From an uncultured delta proteobacterium (GTDB lineage: Bacteria > Desulfobacterota > Binatia > Binatales > Binataceae), in the NCBI GenBank assembly GCA_963724765.1, contig CAVRVY010000004.1:1600001-1664000 (forward strand): a stretch of DNA of 64,000 bases, given 5' to 3'. The translations under genes and the position numbers were made by a program. Numbering within the stretch: the stretch's first letter is position 1; every line of letters starts with the position of its first letter. The notes below the pieces were generated by a model. That model did not search any database. It was not told where the DNA came from and saw only the letters and a program-made list of their open reading frames with translations. Positions 47,698 through 57,231 of the stretch are shown here, piece by piece.

Positions 47698-50045
47698 ATG
47701 GGCGATTCTGTCAGCCAGTCGCCTGTGACGACGCCGTCGCGTGGCCTGACTAGCGAGGAAGCTCGTTGGCGTCTTCTTGAGTCTGGCCCCAACGCCGTAA
47801 TCGAGCAGAAGTCACATCTGATCCTGGCGCTGCTCGGAAAGGTCTGGGCTCCGGTGCCGTGGATGCTCGAGGCGACGATTGTTCTCGAACTTGCCTTGGG
47901 CAAGTTCGTGGAGGGTATCGTCATTGCGGTGCTGCTGGTGTCCAATGCCTCGCTGGGTCTTTTCCAGGAAACCCGCGCGCGCAGCGCTGTGGAGCTGCTG
48001 CAGAAGCGGCTTGCTGTGCGGGCGAGGGTTCTGCGTGACGACGTATGGGCGTGATTTCAGCAGAGGAGCTCGTTCCGGGTGATTTCGTTCACTTGCAAAT
48101 GGGCGACTTAGTACCAGCCGACATTGGCATCCGCGAGGGAGAGGTCTTAATTGATCAATCAGCGCTTACCGGTGAGTCGGTACCGATCGAGGCAAATCAG
48201 GGCAAGACTGCTTACGCCGGCTCATTAGTTAAGCGTGGCGAGGCCAGCGGTGAGGTCACGGCTACTGGCCAGCGAACCTTTTTTGGAAAGACCGCCGAAC
48301 TGGTGCGTTCGGCCAAGACCGCCAGCCACCTGGAGAGCATCATCTTCGCCATCGTGAAGTACTTGGTGGCGATGGACACCGCGCTGGCGGTGGGAGTCTT
48401 CCTATACGCCGTGCTCGTGGGAATGCCTCTCGCCGAGACGCTTCCTTTCGTTCTGATTCTGCTCGTGGCTTCGGTTCCGGTCGCGCTGCCGGCCACCTTC
48501 ACGTTGGCAACCGCCCTGGGCGCGGTGGAATTGGCCAAGCGCGGCGTGCTGGTCACGCGTCTGTCGGCGATCGAGGAAGCGGCGGCGATGGACATGCTGT
48601 GTAGCGACAAGACCGGAACGATAACTCAGAATCGGCTGTCGCTGGCTGCGTTGCACCCCTACCCACCGTTCAGCGAGCAGGACCTGCTGCGGTTTGCGGC
48701 ATTTGCGAGCGACGAAGCAGGCCAAGACCCAATCGACCTCGCGGTTCTAGCTCGCGCGAAAGCCGAAGGCGCGCTCTCGACACCGGCTCAACGTGTCAAG
48801 TTCGTTCCGTTCGAGCCAGGAACCAAACTTGCCGAAGCAACGGTTGCTCAGAGCGGCAGGGAATTGCGCGCGCTGAAGGGCGCACCTCAGGCAGTCGCCG
48901 CCCGAGTCGGCCGCACTGCCGACATAGACATCGACGTCGAGCGACTCGCGGCGGGAGGTTACCGCGTCCTCGCCGTGGCGGGCGGACCCGAAGGCGCAAT
49001 CCGTCTGATTGGACTCCTCGCGCTTCAGGATTTGCCACGCGAGGACTCCAAGTCTTTGGTGACCAGCCTCAACAAAATGGGTGTCCGCGTCGCGATGGTT
49101 ACCGGAGACGGGCTCGTGACGGCTCGCGCAGTGGCTGCGCAAGTCGGTATCGCGGGTCGTGCCTGCTCGTCGCAGGATCTGCGCGAGAATATCGATCAAA
49201 CGCTCGATTGCGCAGTGTTCGCCGGTGTCTTCCCGGAAGACAAGTTTCGTCTAGTTCGGGCCTTGCAGCAGGCTGGGCATGTCGTTGGCATGACAGGAGA
49301 TGGCGTCAACGATGCTCCCGCTTTGAAACAGGCGGAAGTCGGAATCGCGGTCGCCAGCGCCACCGACGTGGCGAAGGCCTCTGCGAGCCTGGTTCTCACC
49401 AATCCCGGGCTCACCGACACGCTGGCCGCCGTCGAGACCAGCCGGCGAATCTATCAGCGCATGCTGACTTATACGCTGAACAAGATCATCAAGACCGTCG
49501 AGATCGGACTATTCCTCAGCATCGGTGTGATTCTTACGCGCGATTTCATCATCACGCCGCTGCTGATTGTAATGCTGTTATTCACCAACGATTTCGTGAC
49601 CATGTCGATTGCGACCGATCACGTATCCGCTTCACCAATGCCCGATCGCTGGCACATTCGAACATTGATTCTGACTGGAATGAGCCTCGGCAGTCTGATC
49701 CTGCTTCTGTCCTTCGGGCTGTTTTTCTATGGGCGCGATTTTCTTCGCCTGCCGCTTCCTCAGCTGCAGACGCTGGTCTTCGTGACGCTCGTGTTCACGG
49801 GTCAGGGGATGGTCTATCTCGTGCGCGAGCGCCGCCACCTTTGGGATTCTGCTCCGAGCCGATGGATGATTCTTAGTTCCATTGTGGATGTGAGCGTGGT
49901 CTGCTTCCTATCGACCCGTGGAATTCTGATGGCGCCTCTCCCGGATTCCCTGATCGGGTCAGTGATGTTGGCATGTGTCCTTTACCTGATCGCATTGGAC
50001 TTTCTGAAAGTCCCAATTTTGCGGCGTCTAACGTATACGTCGTAA
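47698..50045 (+). pseudogene. Plasma-membrane-type H+ P-type ATPase (type IIIA), split by a 1-nt deletion near 48047
   Basis: PVPWMLE in the first ORF; DQSALTGES, PVALPA, CSDKTGT, TGDGVNDAPALK and TNDF in the second. Adding one G gives RDDVWGVISAEELVPGD. Confidence 0.85.
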
Positions 50046-50119
50046 GGTCTATCCACAGCGCAAGCGCGTCCCGGGCGCTCACTCGAATTCGCTTGGTCGC
50101 ACTCGTTAAAGAGGACCAG

Positions 50120-50608
50120 ATGCCCCAGTTCAAGAGAATTCTCTGTCCGGTCGACTTCGACCCGAACTCACTCCAGGCGCTTCAGCTCGCGTCCGAGCTG
50201 GCGCAAGAACGCAATGCAACTCTCCATCTGCTCCACGTAGTTGCGATGCCTCCCGGACCGGAGGTGGCGCTACCCTTCGGTAAGATGGAGACCGCCGCGC
50301 GAAGCAGGCTTGAGCGGCACGCACGCCAGATAGTCAATGGCAACGCCAGCTACGAAGTCGAAGTCTTGATGGGCGATCCGGCGGTCGAGATTCTTCAAGC
50401 CGCGAAACGACTGCGCGCCAACCTGATCGTAATGGCGACGCACGGCCGAAAGGGATTCCGTCATCTCATTCTTGGAAGCGTGGCTGAACATGTCGTCCGG
50501 GAAGCGCCGTGCCCGGTGCTCACGGTCAAACCGAAAACGCCAGTGGCGAAATCATCAGCGAGCCGGCCAGTGAAAAAGCGGCCGGCTGGAACGAGTGGCT
50601 ATTCTTAA
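50120..50608 (+). CDS. Universal stress protein
   Basis: Motifs ILCPVDF and LIVMATHGRKG...GSVAEHVVREAPCPVLTV. Confidence 0.92.
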   Translation: MPQFKRILCPVDFDPNSLQALQLASELAQERNATLHLLHVVAMPPGPEVALPFGKMETAARSRLERHARQIVNGNASYEVEVLMGDPAVEILQAAKRLRANLIVMATHGRKGFRHLILGSVAEHVVREAPCPVLTVKPKTPVAKSSASRPVKKRPAGTSGYS

Positions 50609-50619
50609 AAGCTGCACGA

Positions 50620-51054
50620 TCAGCCAGACACGATTTCCGGCTCAAGGCGAACCGGCGTGGACAGAGAGGCCGAAATAAGGCACGCCTTCTCACTTTTCTC
50701 AAGGACGCGCAACGCCCTCGCGCGATCCGCGCCGGCCGGCAACGTCAGACGCGGATGTAGGACGATCTGAGTAAAACGCGTCGCTCCGTCTTTGCGGTCA
50801 ACCGTGCCTTCCCCTGAGATCTCCAATGAGGTGAACTCCAGCTTTGAAGCTTGCGCCACAGCTCTGAACGTGAAGAGCAAGCAAGTCTCGACGGCGGCCA
50901 TCAGAAATTGTTCGGGGCTCCATGCATCGCCCGGTCCGTCGAAGTCCGCCGGTGGAGCCGTGCGCAGTTCGACTACGCCAGCGGCTGCTACCTCGGCATA
51001 GCCTTCGGCCCCGCCGGTGAGTCGCGCCGTGTAGACATGGGGCAATGGCTTCAT
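50620..51054 (-). CDS. OsmC-family protein
   Basis: Motifs WSPEQFLMAAVETC and EKACLISASL. Confidence 0.88.
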   Translation of the reverse strand: MKPLPHVYTARLTGGAEGYAEVAAAGVVELRTAPPADFDGPGDAWSPEQFLMAAVETCLLFTFRAVAQASKLEFTSLEISGEGTVDRKDGATRFTQIVLHPRLTLPAGADRARALRVLEKSEKACLISASLSTPVRLEPEIVSG

Positions 51055-51090
51055 CGCATTTTCCTCCAATGATCCGAGCACAGCACCCGA

Positions 51091-52128
51091 TTAGCCGATC
51101 CAGCCGAGCAGAATCGCGCCGAGCGTTGCGCTGCCCATCAGCACCCAGAGCAAAAATCCCTGAATCAACGGCCGGTGGCCGACCACCTGGAGAGCCTCGC
51201 GGCTCAGTCCCGAACCAATCAGAAACAGCGTAACGACCAATGAACGCTGTGCGCCGACGAACACGCCATGAGCTGAGGGCTTGAGCGCCGGAATCCAGGT
51301 GACGATCGCCGCGGCCGCGAGAAATCCCAGAATGAACCATGGCCGCTTGGCCTTGCCCGCACCCTTTGCGTCGCGTCCGCGGTTCCAGACCATCCCGATG
51401 ACCAGCGTAACCGGTACGATCCAGAGCGCTCGCGTCAGCTTGATAGTCGTGGCGATCTCCAACGCGCGAGCGCCATATTGCATCGCCGCCCCGACCACCG
51501 AGCTCGTATCGTGAATCGCGAGCGCGCTCCACACCCCGAACTGGACCTGGCCGAGGCCAAAGTGACGGCCCAGCGGCGGGAAAATGAACAGCGCAACCGC
51601 GTTGAGAAAAAACACCGTTGCGAGCGCCACCGAAACGTCATGATGCTTGGCGTGGATTGCCGGGGCGACCGCGGCGATCGCGCTTCCGCCGCAAATCGCG
51701 GTTCCTACCGTCACCAGCAGCGAGGTATCCCGCTCAGTGCGCAGCAACCAGCCCATCGTCAGACCGATGCTCATCGTCAGCGTGATCCCGATTACCGTAT
51801 AGAAGAAGCCGTACGCGCCCGCCCGGCCTACTTCAACGAGGTTCATACCGGCGCCGAGCCCGATCACTGAAAGTTGCAGCAGCGGTGTGATCACGCGCGC
51901 CGTGGTTAGCGGATACGGGTTGCCGACGGTCAGGGCCAGAGCTATCCCCGCCATCAAGGCGATCCCGGGCGAGACGAACGGCAGCAGCGATGCGCAAGCG
52001 ACGATCGGAAATGCGAGGCGCAGCGTCAGGCTCGCGGGATTCGCCGAACCGAACTCGTCGTGCCAGCTCATCGGGATCGCCGGTGTGTCAGCGGTCGTCG
52101 CGATCGATTCCTGGGAAGCAGGCGTCAT
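51091..52128 (-). CDS. YeiH / putative sulfate exporter family transporter
   Basis: Motifs GTAICGGSAIAA, AIHDTSSVVGA and KLTRALW. Confidence 0.9.
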   Translation of the reverse strand: MTPASQESIATTADTPAIPMSWHDEFGSANPASLTLRLAFPIVACASLLPFVSPGIALMAGIALALTVGNPYPLTTARVITPLLQLSVIGLGAGMNLVEVGRAGAYGFFYTVIGITLTMSIGLTMGWLLRTERDTSLLVTVGTAICGGSAIAAVAPAIHAKHHDVSVALATVFFLNAVALFIFPPLGRHFGLGQVQFGVWSALAIHDTSSVVGAAMQYGARALEIATTIKLTRALWIVPVTLVIGMVWNRGRDAKGAGKAKRPWFILGFLAAAAIVTWIPALKPSAHGVFVGAQRSLVVTLFLIGSGLSREALQVVGHRPLIQGFLLWVLMGSATLGAILLGWIG

Positions 52129-52133
52129 AAAAG

Positions 52134-52517
52134 TCAACCTCGCGTCCGCGCCTTGAGCGCGCCAACCTGGGCTTCGAGGCGATCGTGGAGCCGCGAGCAA
52201 ATCATCTCGCAGAGTTCGAAAACCATCGCATCCGCAATCGAGTAATAAGCGCTGTTGCCTTGCGGCCGGCGTTTGAGCAACCCCGCGTCCTGCAGGACCT
52301 TCAGGTGCTTGCTGACGTTGGGCTGCGTCGTTCCGACACGCTCGGCGAGCGCTGAGACGCTCTGTTCGCCGTTTTCCAGCTGCTGCAAAATCCGCAGGCG
52401 CAGCGGCTCGCCCATTGCCCGAAAACGCGCCGCGACCAACTCGAGCGCTTCCCAGGTCAGCATCGGGCGCGGCCGCTTTGAACCACGCCGGACGTTGGCT
52501 TGAATGCTTGCGTCCAT
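52134..52517 (-). CDS. ArsR/SmtB-family regulator (probable persulfide sensor)
   Basis: Motifs EPLRLRIL, QPNVSKHLKVL and C-terminal CEMIC. Divergent from the persulfide dioxygenase gene. Confidence 0.88.
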   Translation of the reverse strand: MDASIQANVRRGSKRPRPMLTWEALELVAARFRAMGEPLRLRILQQLENGEQSVSALAERVGTTQPNVSKHLKVLQDAGLLKRRPQGNSAYYSIADAMVFELCEMICSRLHDRLEAQVGALKARTRG

Positions 52518-52606
52518 TCCTATTTAGTTATATTCATATGCAGGTAGAGTCAAGCCGCAACCGCGACGCGGCTCGACCGAAGCGGAGCCGCGGGAGGAAT
52601 CAGATC

Positions 52607-53644
52607 ATGTTTTGTCGAGAATTGAACCGGGGTAAATGCAAGACCTACCTGCTGGCCTGCGAACGGACGAGGCACGCGGTGTTGATCGATCCGTTGAAGG
52701 AAAATACGAGCCGTTATATCGCGGTCGCCGTCTACCACGGCCTTCGGCTCGACTACGTGATCGACACCCATACCCACGCGGACCATCGCAGCGGCACCTT
52801 CGACCTCGCCGATCTGACCGATGCGAAAGTCGTGATGGAGCGTCACGCGCCCGCCCCTCACGTAGCCATTCACGTGACCCGCGGCGACGTGCTCGAAGTG
52901 GGCGACCTGCGGCTGAAAGTGCTGTACACGCCCGGGCATACTCCGGATGGAATCAGCCTCATTGTCGATGGGCGGGTGTTCACTGGAGACACGCTGCTGA
53001 TCGGCGGCACCGGTCGCGCGGACTTTCCCGGCGGCGACGCCGGTAAGCAATACGACGCCATCACCAACGCGCTGTTCACGTTGCCGGACGACACTCTGGT
53101 CTTTCCGGCCCACGACTATCGCGGCAATCATCATTCAACGATCGGTCAGGAGAAGGCCTCCAATCCACGCGTCGCCGGTCATACACGCGCGGAATACATA
53201 GACATCATGAAGAATCTCGGTCTGGCGCTGCCCGACAAGATCCAGGAAGCGCTGCAGGCCAATCAATCCGCGATCGACGATGATTCCCTGAAGTTCCCCG
53301 ACCTGACTCAATTGAGCGCGATTCGGCAAATTTCCGCCTCTGAACTGGGGGATCGGCTAAAGGCTGGAAACGCTCCCATCATCATCGACGTGCGTGAGCA
53401 GGACGAGTATCACGACGAACTCGGCCACCTTCGTGGCAGCCAGCTGATTCCGCTCCGGGTGCTGCCTGGCAGAGCGGCTGAGCTCGACAGCCTCAAGAGC
53501 AGCGAAATCGTCGTGATTTGCCGGTCGGGAGTTCGCAGCACCACGGCCGCCGCAATTTTGACCGCACTCGGCTTCGAGAACGTGAGCAATCTTAAAGGCG
53601 GGATGCTCGAGTGGAACGAGGCAGGTCTGCCGGTCGAGCGTTGA
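52607..53644 (+). CDS. Persulfide dioxygenase (ETHE1-like MBL) fused to a rhodanese domain
   Basis: [18 protein letters not shown] and PAHDY. C-terminal IDVRE...CRSGVRS...LKGGMLEW. Confidence 0.9.
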   Translation: MFCRELNRGKCKTYLLACERTRHAVLIDPLKENTSRYIAVAVYHGLRLDYVIDTHTHADHRSGTFDLADLTDAKVVMERHAPAPHVAIHVTRGDVLEVGDLRLKVLYTPGHTPDGISLIVDGRVFTGDTLLIGGTGRADFPGGDAGKQYDAITNALFTLPDDTLVFPAHDYRGNHHSTIGQEKASNPRVAGHTRAEYIDIMKNLGLALPDKIQEALQANQSAIDDDSLKFPDLTQLSAIRQISASELGDRLKAGNAPIIIDVREQDEYHDELGHLRGSQLIPLRVLPGRAAELDSLKSSEIVVICRSGVRSTTAAAILTALGFENVSNLKGGMLEWNEAGLPVER

Positions 53645-53724
53645 TTATTTCGCCTTTAGCCGCCGCCTGGGCCACGCCCCGCTCGACGGAGACCGGCCTG
53701 CGGCAACATACGGAGAAGTCTCTG

Positions 53725-54156
53725 ATGCACAATTTCACACCTTTCGCTTCATTGTTGGGTGGCATGCTTATCGGTCTCAGCGCGTCGGCGATGCTGCTGT
53801 TGGACGGCAAAATCGCCGGTATCAGCGGCATCCTGGCCGGGGTGCTCAAGCCCGTTACAGGCGACACGCTCTGGCGGATTTGCTTCCTTGGAGGCTTGTT
53901 CGCGGGCGGGCTGCTACTCAGGATTTTACTGCCTGGCGCCTTCGACTTCGGCATCATTCGCCCGCTCCCGCTGCTGACTAGTGCGGGTCTACTGGTCGGA
54001 TTCGGTACCCGTCTCGGCAGTGGATGCACCAGCGGTCACGGAGTGTGCGGTATAAGCCGCCTCTCACCACGTTCGCTCGTCGCCACGGCGACTTTCATCT
54101 TCACGGGAGCCCTGGTGGTTTATTTGATAAATCACCTGATGGGAGGTTCACTATGA
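53725..54156 (+). CDS. YeeE/YedE sulfur-compound transporter
   Basis: Motifs GKIAGISG and [12 protein letters not shown]. Confidence 0.9.
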   Translation: MHNFTPFASLLGGMLIGLSASAMLLLDGKIAGISGILAGVLKPVTGDTLWRICFLGGLFAGGLLLRILLPGAFDFGIIRPLPLLTSAGLLVGFGTRLGSGCTSGHGVCGISRLSPRSLVATATFIFTGALVVYLINHLMGGSL

Positions 54157-54620
54157 AAGCGTTGCTGACCTCCTTCGTCTCGGGAACGGTGTTCGCGCTC
54201 GGTCTGGGAATCTCCGGGATGACCCGGCCGGTAAAGGTGATCGGCTTCCTGGACTTTTTTGGCGCCTGGGACGCCAGCCTGGCCTTCGTCATGCTCGGCG
54301 CGATCGCGGTTTACTTCGTGGCGTATCGCTGGAGCAGAAAAATGCCGTCACCATTGTTGGCGCCGGACTTTTCGCTGCCAAAGCGCAGCGATTTGGATGC
54401 CAAGCTGATTTTGGGCGCCGCCATTTTCGGCGTGGGCTGGGGACTCGGCGGCTTCTGTCCCGGTCCCGCGCTCACCTCGCTCGCTTCCGGCGCGCTCCCC
54501 GTTTTCATTTTCGTCGTTGCGATGGGGATTGGGATGTACCTTCATACCTGGGTGACCGAATTGGGCGCGACAGCCTCAGGCTGGTCGATCTCTTCGGCGA
54601 AAGGCGCCCAGGATGCATAA
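54153..54620 (+). CDS. YeeE/YedE-family (DUF6691-type) transporter
   Basis: Motifs GLGISGM, FLD...WD and [11 protein letters not shown]. Confidence 0.9.
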   Translation: MKALLTSFVSGTVFALGLGISGMTRPVKVIGFLDFFGAWDASLAFVMLGAIAVYFVAYRWSRKMPSPLLAPDFSLPKRSDLDAKLILGAAIFGVGWGLGGFCPGPALTSLASGALPVFIFVVAMGIGMYLHTWVTELGATASGWSISSAKGAQDA

Positions 54621-55899
54621 ACGGAGCAGGGCCGTGGACAGAAGTAAATCGCTGGACGCGAGCTTGACCGGGACTGATGGCTCGGGTTGGTTTCCACGTC
54701 GAAGCTTTTTGAAAATGGCAGCCAGTGGCATCGCCGGCGGAATCTTTAGTGGGAGCCTACCGGCGTTCGCCGCGAAGCTGATCCAGATGCCGTTTGAGAA
54801 TGGCGGTCAGAAGCTCGTCCGCTTTCCGCAGAAGGGCGAGATGATCCTGCTGCGTGAGCGCCCGCCTCTGCTCGAAACCCCTTTCGAGGTTTTCGACCAA
54901 GGCGTTTTCACGCCCAATGACCAGTTCTTTGTCCGATGGCATCTGTCGGTAATTCCGAACTCGATCGACGTGGACACCTTCCGCCTGCGGGTGCACGGCC
55001 ACGTGCGCACCCCTACTGAATTCACGCTCAAGGAAATTCTGCACCAACCCAACCAGGTCGAGCTTGCTGCCGTGAACCAATGTTCCGGCAACAGTCGCGG
55101 CTTCTCGTCGCCGCGCGTGCCGGGTGGCGAGTGGGGCAACGGCGCTATGGGCAACGCCCTGTGGACCGGGATTACGTTGAGGTCGCTGCTCGCTCGTGTG
55201 GGCGTGCTGCCCGGCGCCGTACAAGTGCGCTTTCGCGGTCTCGATTTTGGTGAAACGCCGGAAACTCCCGTTTTCATGAAATCGCTCGCCATCGATCACG
55301 CGATGGACGGAGAGGTCATGGTGGCCTATGGGATGAACGGCGCACAGTTTCCGCTGCTCAACGGCTTTCCGCTGCGGCTCATCGTGCCGGGCTGGTATTC
55401 CACATACTGGGTCAAGATGCTCAGTCACATCGAGGTGCTCGATAAGCCCGATGATAACTACTGGATGCACACCGCTTATCTGATTCCGGACACTCCGGGC
55501 GCCACGATGGTACCGGACGCGAAGGGCGTCAAAATGGTTCCGATCAACCGATTGGTGCCGCGTTCTTTCATCACCAACCTTCGTGACAACGCGACGGTGC
55601 GGCTCGGCGTGCCTATCGAGGTGCGCGGCATCGCTTTGGGGGGCGACACCGGGGTCAAGAATGTCGCGTTTTCCGCCGACGGCGGAACGCGCTGGCGGAA
55701 CGCAGCTCTGGGCAAGGATTACGGGCGCTACAGCTTTCGCCGCTGGCACACGAGCTTCGTGCTCAAACAGCCCGGCACCTACAAATTAATGGTAAACGCA
55801 ACTAACAGGAATAGTGTGTCGCAGCCCGTTACCGCGCCCTGGAATCCCGGGGGCTATATGCGCAACGTGGTCGAGCAGGTCACGGTACGTACCGCTTAG
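54613..55899 (+). CDS. sorA: Sulfite:cytochrome c oxidoreductase molybdopterin subunit (SorA-like)
   Basis: Tat signal PRRSFLK, FFVRWH, NQCSGNSR, LNGFPLRLIVPGWY and WNPGGYMRN. Confidence 0.85.
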   Translation: MHKRSRAVDRSKSLDASLTGTDGSGWFPRRSFLKMAASGIAGGIFSGSLPAFAAKLIQMPFENGGQKLVRFPQKGEMILLRERPPLLETPFEVFDQGVFTPNDQFFVRWHLSVIPNSIDVDTFRLRVHGHVRTPTEFTLKEILHQPNQVELAAVNQCSGNSRGFSSPRVPGGEWGNGAMGNALWTGITLRSLLARVGVLPGAVQVRFRGLDFGETPETPVFMKSLAIDHAMDGEVMVAYGMNGAQFPLLNGFPLRLIVPGWYSTYWVKMLSHIEVLDKPDDNYWMHTAYLIPDTPGATMVPDAKGVKMVPINRLVPRSFITNLRDNATVRLGVPIEVRGIALGGDTGVKNVAFSADGGTRWRNAALGKDYGRYSFRRWHTSFVLKQPGTYKLMVNATNRNSVSQPVTAPWNPGGYMRNVVEQVTVRTA

Positions 55900-55910
55900 A
55901 GGAACGGGCA

Positions 55911-56297
55911 ATGGCACAAATCCGGCACCGCATAGTCCTGGCTACTTTCCTGGTAGGCCTGTCTGCGCCGCTCGCTCACGGCGTCGCGCTAGCGCTAAGC
56001 CCCGCGGCGCCGAGCCGGCATCGCGCGATCAAATTGACGTCGCAAAAGATCGCACTGCCCTTCGGTAATCAGGTCTTCGCAGGAGGCGACGCCGCCAACC
56101 TCACCAATTCCCGCTGCCTGTTGTGTCATTCAAAAGACATGATTGACGCGCAGCCGCCGTTGACCCTCGAGACCTGGAAGAAGGAAATCGACAAGATGCG
56201 TGCGGCGTACGGTTGTCCGCTGCGTGCCGACCAGACTGCCGGCATCGCGAAATTCGTTTCGCAGGCGATCAGCGCGCCCGCTGCCGGCGGCGATTAG
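55911..56297 (+). CDS. sorB: Monoheme cytochrome c (SorB-like)
   Basis: Signal peptide, CLLCH heme motif, QPPL...W...KM...YG. Follows sorA. Confidence 0.78.
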   Translation: MAQIRHRIVLATFLVGLSAPLAHGVALALSPAAPSRHRAIKLTSQKIALPFGNQVFAGGDAANLTNSRCLLCHSKDMIDAQPPLTLETWKKEIDKMRAAYGCPLRADQTAGIAKFVSQAISAPAAGGD

Positions 56298-56421
56298 CAC
56301 CCCGCGTCTTAGCGGCGGGGCGAGCGGCCGCGCCTCCCTGCTGCTAGCGCGACGCCCTCCAGTTTACACCGCCGCAAGTCGCGATGCGCTTCATCGCCGT
56401 TGACCGCGACTATTCGACTGT

Positions 56422-56491
56422 GTTAACGATCGTTCACTCACTTTGGCTGGGTTAACGATCGCCCTATTTTACATTGATTGATTGAACGGAC
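56422..56491. promoter_or_regulatory. Palindromic/direct-repeat operator candidates
   Basis: GTTAACGATCG occurs at 56422 and 56451. GTTAACGATCGTTCAC is a near-perfect palindrome. Confidence 0.5.
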
Positions 56492-56544
56492 GGCGAAGCA
56501 TGCAGCCAGCGAGCCGACCCGAATCAAAGGAGAGTGGTGTTCTA

Positions 56545-56913
56545 ATGAAACGAGTAATAAGCGCGGTGCTGTTTGGTTTCATCATGGTTGTCCTTGTTTC
56601 CAGGATTGCGGTCGCCCAACCAGCCTCACAGCCTTCCGCTGGAGGTGCGCAGCAATCTGTCGGTGCCGCCAGCGGTCACGGTTCGATGATGGGCGACGGA
56701 ATGGGTATGGGCGGTATGAGTGGGATGAGCGGAATGGGCGGGATGAGTGGAATGAGCGGAATGATGGGAATGGGAATGATGCCGATGATGACGCAAATGA
56801 TGAAACAGGATCCCAAGCTGATGGGACGCATGATGGAGCTTCACGGTGAGATGATGCGTACGATGGGTGACGCTCTGATCAAGCGCGGCAAGGAATTGCA
56901 GCAGGGCAAATGA
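56545..56913 (+). CDS. Secreted Met/Gly-rich small protein (possible soft-metal binder)
   Basis: Signal peptide, GGMSGMSGM repeats, Met-rich helix. RBS AAGGAG. Confidence 0.7.
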   Translation: MKRVISAVLFGFIMVVLVSRIAVAQPASQPSAGGAQQSVGAASGHGSMMGDGMGMGGMSGMSGMGGMSGMSGMMGMGMMPMMTQMMKQDPKLMGRMMELHGEMMRTMGDALIKRGKELQQGK

Positions 56914-57231
56914 TGCCGTCGGTTCCGCTTTGAGTCGCGCCCAGAGCTCGCGGAATGTCGCGGGGCTTCTTCCAAACGATGGTGCTTGTGCGAGCGGTCT
57001 CGTTGGGGGGTTGCCGGTGCGCGTCGACAAGTAGTTCGGGCGAATGTGGCCTAGGCCTCTAATAACCTTCATCCTCTGGTTTGTCGCGAACAATCGCGAA
57101 TTGAGGGCGCAGCTTGAGAGCAATTGCGCCGCCGATGGCCTGTCGGACCGTCTATCCGCCGCCCTCCGGCTACCGCTCGATGATCGCCGACGCTTTTTCA
57201 CTATGTTGAACTGAACAGGCACTGTGGCCGA

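Noticed and set aside
56700-56790. Short tandem repeats as a CRISPR or other non-coding array
   Set aside because: They are in-frame codon repeats (GGMSGMSGM) with no spacers and no cas genes.
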